A stretch of 16,569 nt of DNA from a virus (Duplodnaviria; Heunggongvirae; Uroviricota; Caudoviricetes). The stretch's first letter is position 1. Each line of letters begins with the position of its first letter. A program made the position numbers and the translations under genes. The notes under the pieces are model-generated. The model had not been told where the DNA came from. It searched no databases and worked only from the letters and a program-made list of their open reading frames with translations. The stretch lies in the IMG/VR virus record IMGVR_UViG_2541047943_000001, one strand, 5' to 3'. Positions 1 through 10,949 of the stretch are shown piece by piece.

Positions 1-3
1 GAA

Positions 4-468
4 ATGAACCGCGTACTGTGCGTGGTCATCATTGCCCTGCTGGTGGCCTGTGGTGCGCTTAGTCTGGGGCTGAATCATTACCGTGATAACGCCATTACCT
101 ACAAAGCCCAGCGCGACAAAAATGTCAGAGAACTGAAGCTGGCGAACGCGGCAATTACTGACATGCAGATGCGTCAGCGTGATGTTGCTGCGCTCGATGC
201 AAAATACACTAAGGAGTTAGCTGATGCGAAAGCTGAAAATGATGCTCTGCGTGATGATGTTGCCGCTGGTCGTCGTCGGTTGCACATCAAAGCAGTCTGT
301 CAGTCAGTGCGTGAAGCCACCACCGCCTCCGGCGTGGATAATGCAGCCTCCCCCCGACTGGCAGACACCGCTGAACGGGATTATTTCACCCTCAGAGCGC
401 GACTGATAATAATGCAAAAACAACTTGAAGGGGCACAGCTATACATTCGAGAGCAATGCCTCAGATAA
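4..468 (+). CDS. Rz: i-spanin Rz (inner-membrane spanin subunit of the lysis cassette)
   Basis: 154-aa ORF with an N-terminal hydrophobic segment and a coiled-coil periplasmic part. From [16 protein letters not shown] onward it is near-identical to lambda Rz as I recall it. ATG at 4 overlaps a TGA at 5-7 that would end the upstream endolysin gene R (ATGA overlap, as in lambda). Rz1 is embedded in the +1 frame. Confidence 0.95.
   Translation: MNRVLCVVIIALLVACGALSLGLNHYRDNAITYKAQRDKNVRELKLANAAITDMQMRQRDVAALDAKYTKELADAKAENDALRDDVAAGRRRLHIKAVCQSVREATTASGVDNAASPRLADTAERDYFTLRARLIIMQKQLEGAQLYIREQCLR
224..406 (+). CDS. Rz1: o-spanin Rz1 (outer-membrane lipoprotein spanin subunit), wholly nested in Rz in another frame
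   Basis: 60-aa [27 protein letters not shown]... with a lipobox (VVGC) and proline-rich mature part ([15 protein letters not shown]). Matches lambda Rz1 almost residue for residue; the nested arrangement is the classic lambda one. Confidence 0.93.
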   Translation: MRKLKMMLCVMMLPLVVVGCTSKQSVSQCVKPPPPPAWIMQPPPDWQTPLNGIISPSERD

Positions 469-775
469 AAACCGGCCAAGGATAATCCGCTGAAGATTCG
501 CCGGTGGCTAAAGTGTGCCAAGAGTTCAATTTACGCAATTACTCCTGTCGATGCTATGCACCGTCTTTGTGAAGTCAATGGATACCTGATTTATTTCTGT
601 GCGCTGTATCGTCGCTGTACTCTTGCATTAATTATGACTGTAGCCTGACGGGGAACTCCTTCTGCACAAGTGTGGGGGAATAATCAAAAACGATGCACAC
701 CGGGGTTACCGGGTACACATATTTCATCATGCCAGCGAGTCCGGTTCTGGCACGGAAGAAACCGGACGTTATGAT

Positions 776-1186
776 TTAGTGCGGAAATATTTGTGTAGTG
801 TTCTGAATGTTCTCAGTAAAGAGTAATGAATTATCAAAGGTATAGTAATACCTTTTGTTTTCGTGGATATTTGTAATCCATCTGAAAACCCCTGCTGTAG
901 CAAGATTTTTCCTGTATTCGTAAAATGATAACTCTCCTGATTTGAATCCTTTTAAGGTGGCTTCTATAAGGCATTTATTTTTTGAAAATCTTACATTTAC
1001 AACCTTACCCTGTCCTTTTATTAAAACCGTATTATCGTTTTCAAGAACAAGATGAATATTCTCTGTGGCTAAATAGTAAATGTAATGTGAGACATTGTGA
1101 CGTTTTAGTTCAGAATAAAACCAGTGATAGTTTAAATTATTTCGCACTTTATCGAATATTTGTTTAAAAATGGCAACCTGAGCCAT
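776..1186 (-). CDS. hypothetical protein, low-GC accessory (moron-like) gene of unknown function
   Basis: Six-frame ORF 776..1201 (141 aa). The more likely start is the second ATG at 1186 ([14 protein letters not shown]...), preceded by GGAAGG at about 7 nt spacing. The ORF is markedly AT-rich compared with the flanking phage DNA. No motif I can assign to a known family. From memory, a diverged homologue exists as an uncharacterised ORF at the right end of lambda; this needs a database check. Confidence 0.7.
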   Translation of the reverse strand: MAQVAIFKQIFDKVRNNLNYHWFYSELKRHNVSHYIYYLATENIHLVLENDNTVLIKGQGKVVNVRFSKNKCLIEATLKGFKSGELSFYEYRKNLATAGVFRWITNIHENKRYYYTFDNSLLFTENIQNTTQIFPH

Positions 1187-1243
1187 TGTAGTACCTTCCA
1201 TGTGATATGAGGGGGCGTAGTCTGCACGATTATCTAAATTGCT

Positions 1244-1477
1244 TCAATCTGGTCTGACCTGTTTTCTGAGCAATTCAGTAATGTCACTCTTTTCTTTGTT
1301 TGCTTCAGGCGAAACTCTTTTTTCTGAGCACAGTCTCCGGCGGCAGGCTTCAATGACCCAGGCTGAGAAATTCCCGGACCCTTTTTGAACAAGAGCGATG
1401 TTAATTTGTTCAATCATTTGGTTAGGAAAGCGGATGTTGCGGGTTGTTGTTCTGCGGGTTCTGTTCTTCGTTGACAT
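1244..1477 (-). CDS. ribbon-helix-helix (Arc/CopG/MetJ-like) DNA-binding protein, 77 aa
   Basis: N-terminal pattern RNIRFPNQMIEQINIALVQKGSGNFSAWVIEACRRRL fits a beta-strand followed by two helices, typical of RHH repressors and antitoxins. It lies 42-57 bp upstream of, and co-oriented with, the 776..1186 gene. The N-terminal two-thirds match the right-end ORF of lambda as I recall it; the C-terminal 27 residues differ. Confidence 0.7.
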   Translation of the reverse strand: MSTKNRTRRTTTRNIRFPNQMIEQINIALVQKGSGNFSAWVIEACRRRLCSEKRVSPEANKEKSDITELLRKQVRPD

Positions 1478-1639
1478 GAGGTTGCCCTGTATTCAGTGTC
1501 GCTGATTTGTATTGTCTGAAGTTGTTTTTACGTTAGGTTGATGCAGATCAATTAATACGATACCTGCGTCATAATTGATTATTTGACGTGGTTTGATGGC
1601 CTCCACGCACGTTGTGATATGTAGATGATAATCATTATC

Positions 1640-1860
1640 GCTTTACGGGTCCTTTCCGGTGATCCGACAGGTTACGGGGCGGCGACCTCGCGGGTTTTCG
1701 CTATTTATGAAAATTTTCCGGTTTAAGGTGTTTCCGTTCTTCTTCGTCGTAACTTAATGTTTTTATTTAAAATACCCCCTGAAAAGAAAGGAAACGACAG
1801 GTGCTGAAAGCGAGCTTTTTGGCCTCTGTCGTTTCCTTTCTCTGTTTTTGTCCGTGGAAT
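1640..1860. other. cos: cos site: cosQ (about 1647-1653), cosN with the 12-nt cohesive-end sequence GGGCGGCGACCT (1677-1688), and cosB with R3 (about 1728-1746), an AT-rich IHF-type I1 region (about 1750-1780), R2 (about 1784-1800, inverted) and R1 (about 1827-1845)
   Basis: Sequence ...GATCCGACAGGTTACG|GGGCGGCGACCTCGCGGGTTTTCGCTATTTATGAAAATTTTCCGG... is the joined lambda right and left ends. R-element repeats of the GTTTCC(T/G)TTCT type are visible in three copies, with R2 and R1 forming an inverted pair (gaaaggaaacgacag / ctgtcgtttcctttc). The site sits immediately upstream of nu1. Confidence 0.9.
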
Positions 1861-1865
1861 GAGCA

Positions 1866-2385
1866 ATGGAAGTCAACAAAAAGCAGCTGGCTGACATTTT
1901 CGGTGCGAGTATCCGTACCATTCAGAACTGGCAGGAACAGGGAATGCCCGTTCTGCGAGGCGGTGGCAAGGGTAATGAGGTGCTTTATGACTCTGCCGCC
2001 GTTATAAGATGGTATGCCGAAAGGGATGCTGAAATTGAGAACGAAAAGCTGCGCCGGGAAGTTGAAGAACTGCGGCAGGCCAGCGAGACAGATCTCCAGC
2101 CAGGGACTATTGAGTACGAACGCCATCGACTTACGCGTGCGCAGGCCGACGCACAGGAGCTGAAAAATGCCAGAGACTCCGCTGAAGTGGTGGAAACCGC
2201 ATTCTGTACTTTCGTGCTGTCGCGGATCGCAGGTGAAATTGCCAGTATTCTCGACGGGATCCCCCTGTCGGTGCAGCGGCGTTTTCCGGAACTGGAAAAC
2301 CGACATGTTGATTTCCTGAAACGGGATATCATCAAAGCCATGAACAAAGCAGCCGCGCTGGATGAACTGATACCGGGGTTGCTGA

Positions 2386-2411
<26 letters not shown>
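1866..2411 (+). CDS. nu1: terminase small subunit (cosB-binding, winged-HTH N-terminus)
   Basis: 181-aa ORF MEVNKKQLADIFGASIRTIQNWQEQGMPVLRGGGKGNEVLYDSAAVI..., essentially identical to lambda gpNu1 as recalled. It lies directly downstream of cos and its 3' end overlaps the start of A by 26 nt, as in lambda. Confidence 0.96.
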
Positions 2412-4817
<2,406 letters not shown>

Positions 4818-4837
<20 letters not shown>

Positions 4838-6137
4838 TCTCCCGCATATTGCCAGCATGGCCTTTAATGAGCCGCTGATGCTTGAACCCGCCTATGCGCG
4901 GGTTTTCTTTTGTGCGCTTGCAGGCCAGCTTGGGATCAGCCGCCTGACGGATGCGGTGTCCGGCGACAGCCTGACTGCCCAGGAGGCACTCGCGACGCTG
5001 GCATTATCCGGTGATGATGACGGACCACGACAGGCCCGCAGTTATCAGGTCATGAACGGCATCGCCGTGCTGCCGGTGTCCGGCACGCTGGTCAGCCGGA
5101 CGCGGGCGCTGCAGCCGTACTCGGGGATGACCGGTTACAACGGCATTATCGCCCGTCTGCAACAGGCTGCCAGCGATCCGATGGTGGACGGCATTCTGCT
5201 CGATATGGACACGCCCGGCGGGATGGTGGCGGGGGCATTTGACTGCGCTGACATCATCGCCCGTGTGCGTGACATAAAACCGGTATGGGCGCTTGCCAAC
5301 GACATGAACTGCAGTGCAGGTCAGTTGCTTGCCAGTGCCGCCTCCCGGCGTCTGGTCACGCAGACCGCCCGGACAGGCTCCATCGGCGTCATGATGGCTC
5401 ACAGTAATTACGGTGCTGCGCTGGAGAAACAGGGTGTGGAAATCACGCTGATTTACAGCGGCAGCCATAAGGTGGATGGCAACCCCTACAGCCATCTTCC
5501 GGATGACGTCCGGGAGACACTGCAGTCCCGGATGGACGCAACCCGCCAGATGTTTGCGCAGAAGGTGTCGGCATATACCGGCCTGTCCGTGCAGGCTGTG
5601 CTGGATACCGAGGCTGCAGTGTACAGCGGTCAGGAGGTCATTGATGCCGGACTGGCTGATGAACTTGTTAACAGCACCGATGCGATCACCGTCATGCGTG
5701 ATGCACTGGATGCACGTAAATCCCGTCTCTCAGGAGGGCGAATGACCAAAGAGACTCAATCAACAACTGTTTCAGCCACTGCTTCGCAGGCTGACGTTAC
5801 TGACATGATGCCCGCGACGGAGGGCGAAAACGCCAGCGCGGCGCAGCCGGACGTGAACGCGCAGATCACCGCAGCGGTTGCGGCAGAAAACAGCCGCATT
5901 ATGGGGATCCTCAACTGTGAGGAGGCTCACGGACGCGAAGAACAGGCCCGCGTGCTGGCAGAAACTCCCGGTATGACCGTGGAAACGGCCCGCCGCATTC
6001 TGGCCGCAGCACCACAGAGTGCACAGGCGCGCAGTGATACTGCGCTGGATCGTCTGATGCAGGGTGCACCGGCACCGCTGGCTGCAGGTAACCCGGCATC
6101 TGATGCCGTTAACGATTTGCTGAATACACCAGTGTAA
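4818..6137 (+). CDS. C: capsid maturation protease / minor capsid protein gpC (peptidase S49/ClpP-like N-terminal domain)
   Basis: Reading frame of six-frame ORF 4683..6137. The lambda-type start is GTG at 4818 (VTAELRNLPHIASMAFNEPLMLEP...), preceded by AGGAGGAG. The 439-codon length equals lambda gpC. The upstream in-frame extension of the ORF-track entry is probably not translated. Confidence 0.92.
5532..6137 (+). CDS. nu3: scaffolding protein gpNu3, translated from an internal in-frame start within C
   Basis: In-frame ATG at 5532 (MDATRQMFAQKVSAYTGLSVQ...) in the same frame and with the same stop as C. This is the nested C/Nu3 arrangement of lambda, at the position expected from lambda coordinates. 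Confidence 0.85.
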   Translation: MDATRQMFAQKVSAYTGLSVQAVLDTEAAVYSGQEVIDAGLADELVNSTDAITVMRDALDARKSRLSGGRMTKETQSTTVSATASQADVTDMMPATEGENASAAQPDVNAQITAAVAAENSRIMGILNCEEAHGREEQARVLAETPGMTVETARRILAAAPQSAQARSDTALDRLMQGAPAPLAAGNPASDAVNDLLNTPV

Positions 6138-6146
6138 GGGATGTTT

Positions 6147-6479
6147 ATGACGAGCAAAGAAACCTTTACCCATTACCAGCCGCTGGGCAACAGTGACCCG
6201 GCTCATACCGCAACCGCGCCCGGCGGATTGAGTGCGAAAGCGCCTGCAATGACCCCGCTGATGCTGGACACCTCCACCCGTAAGCTGGTTGCGTGGGATG
6301 GCACCACCGACGGTGCTGCCGTTGGCATTCTTGCGGTTGCTGCTGACCAGACCAGCACCACGCTGACGTTCTACAAGTCCGGCACGTTCCGTTATGAGGA
6401 TGTGCTCTGGCCGGAGGCTGCCAGCGATGAGACGAAAAAACGGACCGCGTTTGCCGGAACGGCAATCAGCATCGTTTAA
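6147..6479 (+). CDS. D: head decoration protein gpD
   Basis: [41 protein letters not shown]... is 110 aa and near-identical to lambda gpD. ATG at 6147 has AAGGG 6 nt upstream; the ORF-track start at 6141 adds only two residues. Confidence 0.95.
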   Translation: MTSKETFTHYQPLGNSDPAHTATAPGGLSAKAPAMTPLMLDTSTRKLVAWDGTTDGAAVGILAVAADQTSTTLTFYKSGTFRYEDVLWPEAASDETKKRTAFAGTAISIV

Positions 6480-6496
6480 CTTTACCCTTCATCACT

Positions 6497-6521
6497 AAAG
6501 GCCGCCTGTGCGGCTTTTTTT
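6497..6521 (+). terminator. intergenic stem-loop with flanking A- and T-tracts between D and E (terminator-like, possibly bidirectional)
   Basis: aaag-gccgc-ctgt-gcggc-ttttttt: a 5-bp GC stem extendable by A:T pairs, with a 4-nt loop and a 7-T run. It sits 14 nt upstream of the E start codon. Confidence 0.45.
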
Positions 6522-6534
6522 ACGGGATTTTTTT

Positions 6535-7560
6535 ATGTCGATGTACACAACCGCCCAGCTGCTGGCGGCAAATGAGCAGAAATTTAAGTTTGATCCGCTG
6601 TTTCTGCGTCTCTTTTTCCGTGAGAGCTATCCCTTCACCACGGAGAAAGTCTATCTCTCACAAATTCCGGGACTGGTAAACATGGCGCTGTACGTTTCGC
6701 CGATTGTTTCCGGTGAGGTTATCCGTTCCCGTGGCGGCTCCACCTCTGAATTTACGCCGGGATATGTCAAGCCGAAGCATGAGGTGAATCCGCAGATGAC
6801 CCTGCGTCGCCTGCCGGATGAAGATCCACAGAATCTGGCGGACCCGGCTTACCGCCGCCGTCGCATCATCATGCAGAACATGCGTGACGAAGAGCTGGCC
6901 ATTGCTCAGGTCGAAGAGATGCAGGCCGTTTCTGCCGTGCTTAAGGGCAAATACACCATGACCGGTGAAGCCTTCGATCCGGTTGAAGTGGATATGGGCC
7001 GCAGTGCGGCGAATAACATCACGCAGTCCGGCGGCACGCAGTGGAGCCAGCGTGACAAGTCCACGTATGACCCGACCGACGATATCGAAGCCTACGCGCT
7101 GAACGCCAGCGGTGTGGTGAATATCATCGTGTTTGATCCGAAAGGCTGGGCGCTGTTCCGTTCCTTCAAGGCCGTCAAGGATAAGCTGGATACCCGTCGC
7201 GGCTCTCATTCCGAGCTGGAGACAGCGGTGAAAGACCTGGGCAAAGCGGTGTCTTATAAGGGAATGTATGGCGATGTGGCCATCGTCGTTTATTCCGGAC
7301 AGTACGTGGAAAACGGCGTCAAAAAGAACTTCCTGCCGGACAACACGATGGTGCTGGGGAACACTCAGGCACGCGGTCTGCGCACCTATGGCTGCATTCA
7401 GGATGCGGACGCACAGCGCGAAGGCATTAACGCCTCTGCCCGTTACCCGAAAAACTGGGTGACCACCGGCGATCCGGCGCGTGAGTTCACCATGATTCAG
7501 TCAGCACCGCTGATGCTGCTGGCTGACCCTGATGAATTCGTGTCTGTACAACTGGCGTAA
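6535..7560 (+). CDS. E: major capsid protein gpE (HK97 fold)
   Basis: MSMYTTAQLLAANEQKFKFDPLFLRLFFRESYPFTTEKVYLSQIPGL... is 341 aa and near-identical to lambda gpE. The six-frame ORF 6508..7560 includes a short upstream extension. Confidence 0.96.
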   Translation: MSMYTTAQLLAANEQKFKFDPLFLRLFFRESYPFTTEKVYLSQIPGLVNMALYVSPIVSGEVIRSRGGSTSEFTPGYVKPKHEVNPQMTLRRLPDEDPQNLADPAYRRRRIIMQNMRDEELAIAQVEEMQAVSAVLKGKYTMTGEAFDPVEVDMGRSAANNITQSGGTQWSQRDKSTYDPTDDIEAYALNASGVVNIIVFDPKGWALFRSFKAVKDKLDTRRGSHSELETAVKDLGKAVSYKGMYGDVAIVVYSGQYVENGVKKNFLPDNTMVLGNTQARGLRTYGCIQDADAQREGINASARYPKNWVTTGDPAREFTMIQSAPLMLLADPDEFVSVQLA

Positions 7561-7562
7561 TC

Positions 7563-7583
7563 ATGGCCCTTCGGGGCCATTTT
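7563..7583 (+). terminator. intergenic stem-loop (atggccc-ttcg-gggccat) followed by TTTT between E and FI
   Basis: Perfect 7-bp inverted repeat with a 4-nt loop immediately after the E stop, followed by tttt. Confidence 0.4.
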
Positions 7584-7601
7584 CTCTCTGTGGAGGAGTC
7601 C

Positions 7602-8000
7602 ATGACGAAAGATGAACTGATTGCCCGTCTTCAGGTGCTGGGTGAGCAACTGAACCGTGATGTCAGCCTGACGGGGACGAAAGAAGAACTGGCACTCCGT
7701 GTGGCAGAGCTGGAAGAGGAGCTTGATGACACGGATGACGCTGCCGGTCAGGACACATCTCTCAGCCCGGAAAATGTGCTGACCGGGCATGAAAATGAGG
7801 TGGTGTCAGCGCAGCCGGATACCGTGATTCATGATACGGCTGAACTGGTCACGGTAGTGGCACTGGTGACGCTGCATACCGATGCACTTCACGCCACGCG
7901 GGATGAACCTGTGGCATTTGTGCTGCCGGGAACGGCGTTCCGTGTCTCTGCCGGTGTGGCAGCCGAAATGACAGAACGTGGCCTGGCCAGAATGCAATAA
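7602..8000 (+). CDS. FI: DNA-packaging accessory protein gpFI
   Basis: MTKDELIARLQVLGEQLNRDVSLTGTKEELALRVAELEEELDD... is 132 aa and matches lambda gpFI. GGAGGAG lies upstream of the ATG at 7602; the longer six-frame ORF from 7563 is an upstream extension. Confidence 0.93.
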   Translation: MTKDELIARLQVLGEQLNRDVSLTGTKEELALRVAELEEELDDTDDAAGQDTSLSPENVLTGHENEVVSAQPDTVIHDTAELVTVVALVTLHTDALHATRDEPVAFVLPGTAFRVSAGVAAEMTERGLARMQ

Positions 8001-8011
8001 CGGGAGGCGCT

Positions 8012-8365
8012 GTGGCTGATTTCGATAACCTGTTCGATGCTGCCATTGCCCGCGCCGATGAAACGATACGCGGGTACATGGGAACGTCAGCCACCATGAC
8101 ATCCGGTGAGCAGTCCGGTGCGGTGATACGTGGTGTTTTTGATGACCCTGAAAATATCAGCTATGCCGGACAGGGCGTGCGCGTTGAAGGCTCCAGCCCG
8201 TCCCTGTTTGTCCGGACTGATGATGTGCGGCAGCTGCGGCGCGGCGACACGCTGACCATCGGTGAGGAAAACTTCTGGATAGACCGGATTTCGCCGGATG
8301 ATGGCGGAAGTTGTCATCTCTGGCTTGGGCGTGGTGTACCGCCTGCCGTTAACCGTCGTCGCTGA
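8012..8365 (+). CDS. FII: head-tail connector / head completion protein gpFII
   Basis: 117-aa ORF (M)ADFDNLFDAAIARADETIRGYMGTSATMTSGEQSGAVIRGVFDDPENISYAG... matches lambda gpFII. The start here is GTG (GGGAGG 5 nt upstream) rather than ATG. Confidence 0.93.
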   Translation: MADFDNLFDAAIARADETIRGYMGTSATMTSGEQSGAVIRGVFDDPENISYAGQGVRVEGSSPSLFVRTDDVRQLRRGDTLTIGEENFWIDRISPDDGGSCHLWLGRGVPPAVNRRR

Positions 8366-8376
8366 AAGGGGGATGT

Positions 8377-8955
8377 ATGGCCATAAAAGGTCTTGAGCAG
8401 GCCGTTGAAAACCTCAGCCGTATCAGCAGAACGGCGGTGCCCGGTGCCGCCGCAATGGCCATTAACCGCGTTGCTTCATCCGCGATATCGCAGTCGGCGT
8501 CACAGGTTGCCCGTGAGACAAAGGTACGCCGGAAACTGGTAAAGGAAAGGGCCAGGCTGAAAAGGGCCACGGTCAAAAATCCGCAGGCCAGAATCAAAGT
8601 TAACCGGGGGGATTTGCCCGTAATCAGGCTGGGTAATGCGCGGGTTGTCCTTTCGCGCCGCAGGCGTCGTAAAAAGGGGCAGCGTTCATCCCTGAAAGGT
8701 GGCGGCAGCGTGCTTGTGGTGGGAAACCGTCGTATTCCCGGCGCGTTTATTCAGCAACTGAAAAACGGCCGGTGGCATGTTATGCAGCGTGTGGCCGGGA
8801 AAAACCGTTACCCCATTGATGTAGTGAAAATCCCGATGGCGGTGCCGCTGACCACGGCGTTTAAACAAAATATTGAGCGGATACGGCGTGAACGTCTTCC
8901 GAAAGAGCTGGGCTATGCGCTGCAGCATCAACTGAGGATGGTAATAAAGCGATGA
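8377..8955 (+). CDS. Z: tail completion protein gpZ
   Basis: 192-aa ORF MAIKGLEQAVENLSRISRTAVPGAAAMAINRVASSAISQSASQVARETKV... has the same length and sequence pattern as lambda gpZ. Its stop overlaps the U start. Confidence 0.94.
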   Translation: MAIKGLEQAVENLSRISRTAVPGAAAMAINRVASSAISQSASQVARETKVRRKLVKERARLKRATVKNPQARIKVNRGDLPVIRLGNARVVLSRRRRRKKGQRSSLKGGGSVLVVGNRRIPGAFIQQLKNGRWHVMQRVAGKNRYPIDVVKIPMAVPLTTAFKQNIERIRRERLPKELGYALQHQLRMVIKR

Positions 8956-9347
8956 AACATACTGAACTCCGTGCAGCCGTACTGGATGCACTGGAGAAGC
9001 ATGACACCGGGGCGACGTTTTTTGATGGTCGCCCCGCTGTTTTTGATGAGGCGGATTTTCCGGCAGTTGCCGTTTATCTCACCGGCGCTGAATACACGGG
9101 CGAAGAGCTGGACAGCGATACCTGGCAGGCGGAGCTGCATATCGAAGTTTTCCTGCCTGCTCAGGTGCCGGATTCAGAGCTGGATGCGTGGATGGAGTCC
9201 CGGATTTATCCGGTGATGAGCGATATCCCGGCACTGTCAGATTTGATCACCAGTATGGTGGCCAGCGGCTATGACTACCGGCGCGACGATGATGCGGGCC
9301 TGTGGAGTTCAGCCGATCTGACTTATGTCATTACCTATGAAATGTGA
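8952..9347 (+). CDS. U: tail terminator protein gpU
   Basis: 131-aa [57 protein letters not shown]... matches lambda gpU. Confidence 0.95.
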   Translation: MKHTELRAAVLDALEKHDTGATFFDGRPAVFDEADFPAVAVYLTGAEYTGEELDSDTWQAELHIEVFLPAQVPDSELDAWMESRIYPVMSDIPALSDLITSMVASGYDYRRDDDAGLWSSADLTYVITYEM

Positions 9348-9354
9348 GGACGCT

Positions 9355-10095
9355 ATGCCTGTACCAAATCCTACAATGCCGGTGAAAGGTGCCGGGACCA
9401 CCCTGTGGGTTTATAAGGGGAGCGGTGACCCTTATGCGAATCCGCTTTCAGACGTTGACTGGTCGCGTCTGGCAAAAGTTAAAGACCTGACGCCCGGCGA
9501 ACTGACCGCTGAGTCCTATGACGACAGCTATCTCGATGATGAAGATGCAGACTGGACTGCGACCGGGCAGGGGCAGAAATCCGCCGGAGATACCAGCTTC
9601 ACGCTGGCGTGGATGCCCGGAGAGCAGGGGCAGCAGGCGCTGCTGGCGTGGTTTAATGAAGGTGATACCCGTGCCTATAAAATCCGCTTCCCGAACGGCA
9701 CGGTCGATGTGTTCCGTGGCTGGGTCAGCAGTATCGGTAAAGCGGTGACGGCGAAGGAAGTGATCACCCGCACGGTGAAAGTCACCAACGTGGGACGTCC
9801 GTCAATGGCAGAAGATCGCAGCACGGTAACAGCGGCAACCGGCATGACCGTGACGCCTGCCAGCACTTCGGTGGTGAAAGGGCAGAGCACCACGCTGACC
9901 GTGGCATTCCAGCCGGAAGGCGCAACCGACAAGAGCTTCCGTGCGGTGTCTGCGGATAAAACAAAAGCCACCGTGTCGGTCAGTGGTATGACCATCACCG
10001 TGAAAGGTGTTGCTGCAGGCAAGGTCAACATTCCGGTTGTATCCGGTAATGGTGAACTTGCTGCGGTTGCAGAAATTACCGTCACCGCCAGTTAA
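9355..10095 (+). CDS. V: major tail tube protein gpV with C-terminal Ig-like (Big_2-type) domain
   Basis: [45 protein letters not shown]... is 246 aa. The C-terminal [25 protein letters not shown]...TVTAS is the dispensable Ig-like domain of lambda gpV. The six-frame ORF from 9325 carries a 10-aa upstream extension. Confidence 0.95.
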   Translation: MPVPNPTMPVKGAGTTLWVYKGSGDPYANPLSDVDWSRLAKVKDLTPGELTAESYDDSYLDDEDADWTATGQGQKSAGDTSFTLAWMPGEQGQQALLAWFNEGDTRAYKIRFPNGTVDVFRGWVSSIGKAVTAKEVITRTVKVTNVGRPSMAEDRSTVTAATGMTVTPASTSVVKGQSTTLTVAFQPEGATDKSFRAVSADKTKATVSVSGMTITVKGVAAGKVNIPVVSGNGELAAVAEITVTAS

Positions 10096-10110
10096 TCCGG
10101 AGAGTCAGCG

Positions 10111-10533
10111 ATGTTCCTGAAAACCGAATCATTTGAACATAACGGTGTGACCGTCACGCTTTCTGAACTGTCAGCCCTGCAGCGTATTGAGCATCTCGCC
10201 CTGATGAAACGGCAGGCAGAACAGGCGGAGTCAGACAGCAACCGGAAGTTTACTGTGGAAGACGCCATCAGAACCGGCGCGTTTCTGGTGGCGATGTCCC
10301 TGTGGCATAACCATCCGCAGAAGACAAAGCTGCCGTCCATGAATGAAGCCGTTAAACAGATTGAGCAGGAAGTGCTTACCACCTGGCCCACGGAGGCAAT
10401 TTCTCATGCTGAAAACGTGGTGTACCGGCTGTCCGGTATGTATGAGTTTGTGGTGAATAATGCCCCTGAACAGACAGAGGACGCCGGGCCCGCAGAGCCT
10501 GTTTCTGCGGGAAAGTGTTCGACGGTGAGCTGA
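10111..10533 (+). CDS. G: tail assembly chaperone gpG
   Basis: 140-aa ORF MFLKTESFEHNGVTVTLSELSALQRIEHLALMKRQAEQAESDSNRKFTVEDAIRTGAF... matches lambda gpG. The slippery heptamer G GGA AAG lies at 10509-10515, near its 3' end. Confidence 0.95.
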   Translation: MFLKTESFEHNGVTVTLSELSALQRIEHLALMKRQAEQAESDSNRKFTVEDAIRTGAFLVAMSLWHNHPQKTKLPSMNEAVKQIEQEVLTTWPTEAISHAENVVYRLSGMYEFVVNNAPEQTEDAGPAEPVSAGKCSTVS

Positions 10534-10949
10534 GTTTTGCCCTGAAACTGGCGCGTGAGATGGGGCGACCCGACTGGCGTGCCATGCTTGCCGGGATGTC
10601 ATCCACGGAGTATGCCGACTGGCACCGCTTTTACAGTACCCATTATTTTCATGATGTTCTGCTGGATATGCACTTTTCCGGGCTGACGTACACCGTGCTC
10701 AGCCTGTTTTTCAGCGATCCGGATATGCATCCGCTGGATTTCAGTCTGCTGAACCGGCGCGAGGCTGACGAAGAGCCTGAAGATGATGTGCTGATGCAGA
10801 AAGCGGCAGGGCTTGCCGGAGGTGTCCGCTTTGGCCCGGACGGGAATGAAGTTATCCCTACTTCCCCGGATGTGGCGGACATGACGGAGGATGACGTAAT
10901 GCTGATGACAGTATCAGAAGGGATCGCAGGAGGAGTCCGGTATGGCTGA
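10111..10949 (+). CDS. T: tail assembly chaperone gpG-T, made by programmed -1 ribosomal frameshift at GGGAAAG (10509-10515) from the G frame into the T frame
   Basis: The -1 frame ORF 10515..10949 (MFDGELSFALKLAREMGRPDWRAMLAGMSSTEYADWHRFY...) has no credible independent start and begins at the slippery site, exactly as in lambda G/G-T. Its end overlaps the H start. Confidence 0.9.

Noticed and set aside
776-1201. Assigning the 141-aa low-GC protein to a named toxin or abortive-infection family (RelE/HigB, PIN, YafO, ToxN, AbiE)
   Set aside because: Its size and sequence do not show the diagnostic motifs of these families (it is larger than RelE-type toxins and lacks PIN acidic residues). 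The pairing with an RHH gene is suggestive, but family assignment from sequence alone would be a guess.
1767-2347. Minus-strand ORFs of 179 aa and 120 aa overlapping nu1
   Set aside because: They lie entirely antisense to a near-perfectly conserved lambda nu1 gene with no ribosome-binding site or homology signal. Such long antisense frames are expected in GC-rich coding DNA.
5004-6206. Minus-strand ORFs (163 and 144 aa) and a plus-strand 89-aa ORF within C/nu3
   Set aside because: All overlap the conserved gpC/gpNu3 frame and none has a plausible start context; the only known nested gene here is nu3 in the same frame as C.
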